Translations under genes and position numbers: made by a program
Origin: an uncultured Chloroflexia bacterium
Lineage (GTDB): Bacteria > Chloroflexota > Anaerolineae > JAAYZQ01
NCBI GenBank assembly: GCA_963700285.1
Contig: CAVOXA010000010.1
Location: forward strand, 128,001 to 192,000
Direction of reading: 5' to 3'
Length of the DNA: 64,000 nucleotides
In this document: one piece after another, positions 63,125 to 64,000 of the stretch
How the letters are laid out: each line of letters starts with the position of its first letter
Numbering within the stretch: position 1 is the stretch's first letter
Notes under the pieces: generated by a model
Databases searched by the model: none
Told to the model about the DNA's origin: nothing
What the model saw: only the letters and a program-made list of their open reading frames with translations

Positions 63125-64000
63125 ATGGCTGAAGTCCGCGTTGAGTATATGTGCAAGCTGTTCGGTCAAGTCAAGGCACTAGACGAGGTTAGCTGCACAT
63201 TTGAGGATGGCCAACTCACAGTGCTGGTTGGGCCGTCCGGCTGCGGCAAAACGACCCTGCTCCGCTCAATCGCGGGGCTGGAGGAGCCCTCAAGCGGCTC
63301 GATCTACATCGGTGAAGAGAACGTCGACGGCGCTCCCGCCTGGGAGCGCGATCTGGCCATGGTGTTTCAGAGCTACGCGCTCTATCCTCATATGTCCGTC
63401 TATAAGAACATCGCTTTCCCGTTGCAGGCTACAAAGACCCCCAAGGATGAGATCAAGTACTCGCGTACACAACACAGCCAGAATCCTTCAGATCGAGAAG
63501 CTGCTTGAGAGAAAGCCACGGGAGCTGTCAGGTGGGCAGATGCAAAGGGTTGCCCTCGGGCGGGCAATCGTTCGTGAACCTGCCGTTTTTCTGATGGACG
63601 AACCCCTCTCCAACCTGGATGCCAAACTGCGGGTGATCATGAGGGCCGAACTCAGGCACTTGCAGCAGCAGCTCGGCGTCACCACCATCTATGTCACCCA
63701 CGACCAGGCGGAGGCCATGACTCTGGCCGACAAACTGATTGTGATGAACGATGGCTGCATACAGCAGGTCGGAAAACCCGAAGACGTCTATCGCTACCCG
63801 CAGAACAAGTTCGTGGCCGGCTTTATTGGCAGCCCCCCAATGAACTTTATCGACTGCCGATTGGACACGGCCCAAAATGCCTTGATCAGTGACCTCATGG
63901 AACGCAAGCTTGATCCCAATGTGGTCCAAGCTGCGACCACACAGGGCTCCAACGAACGGATCCTCGGAGTGAGGCCCGAGGACCTGACTGCAGAGCCAAC
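63125..64000 (+). CDS. Carbohydrate ABC ATP-binding subunit (MalK-like); frameshift near 63465, runs off window
   Basis: [21 protein letters not shown], then [23 protein letters not shown] in the shifted frame. Confidence 0.9.

Overview
GC-rich bacterial genomic DNA. Gene families, TGnTATAAT-type promoters and V/E/T-repeat lipoproteins suggest an anaerobic Chloroflexota (Anaerolineae-like) genome; this taxonomy is an inference. Several stretches (about 2.5-2.9, 18-23.4, 53.5-57.5 and 59.9-63.5 kb) carry dense single-base frameshifts, even in housekeeping genes (gatC, gatA, upp), which looks like unpolished long-read error. The left half is mixed: a cytochrome c lipoprotein, tandem paralogous DmsA-family molybdoenzymes, a YfhO-like glycosyltransferase, a DUF1998 helicase with an inserted HNH domain, a gatC-gatA-nucleotidyltransferase-aminotransferase-upp-dCMP deaminase-CitE operon, a membrane protein closely resembling animal ANKH, and a SARP/BTAD-STAND-OppA fusion regulator with a SARP-type heptamer box upstream of its neighbour. 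The right 25 kb is one divergent, GntR/HutC-associated catabolic island. It encodes a sugar-type ABC importer, two non-pyrrolysine MttB-family and one MtmB-family methyltransferases, two corrinoid proteins, an FGGY kinase, a class I aldolase, a GlcD/GlcF-like pair, an amidohydrolase, a Zn-dehydrogenase, an orphan Ftr-like formyltransferase, an aldo-keto reductase and a xanthine-dehydrogenase-family trimer. It is the best candidate for an undescribed pathway. No rRNA, tRNA, CRISPR array or intact transposase was recognised. All family assignments come from motif recognition and recalled sequences, not database searches.
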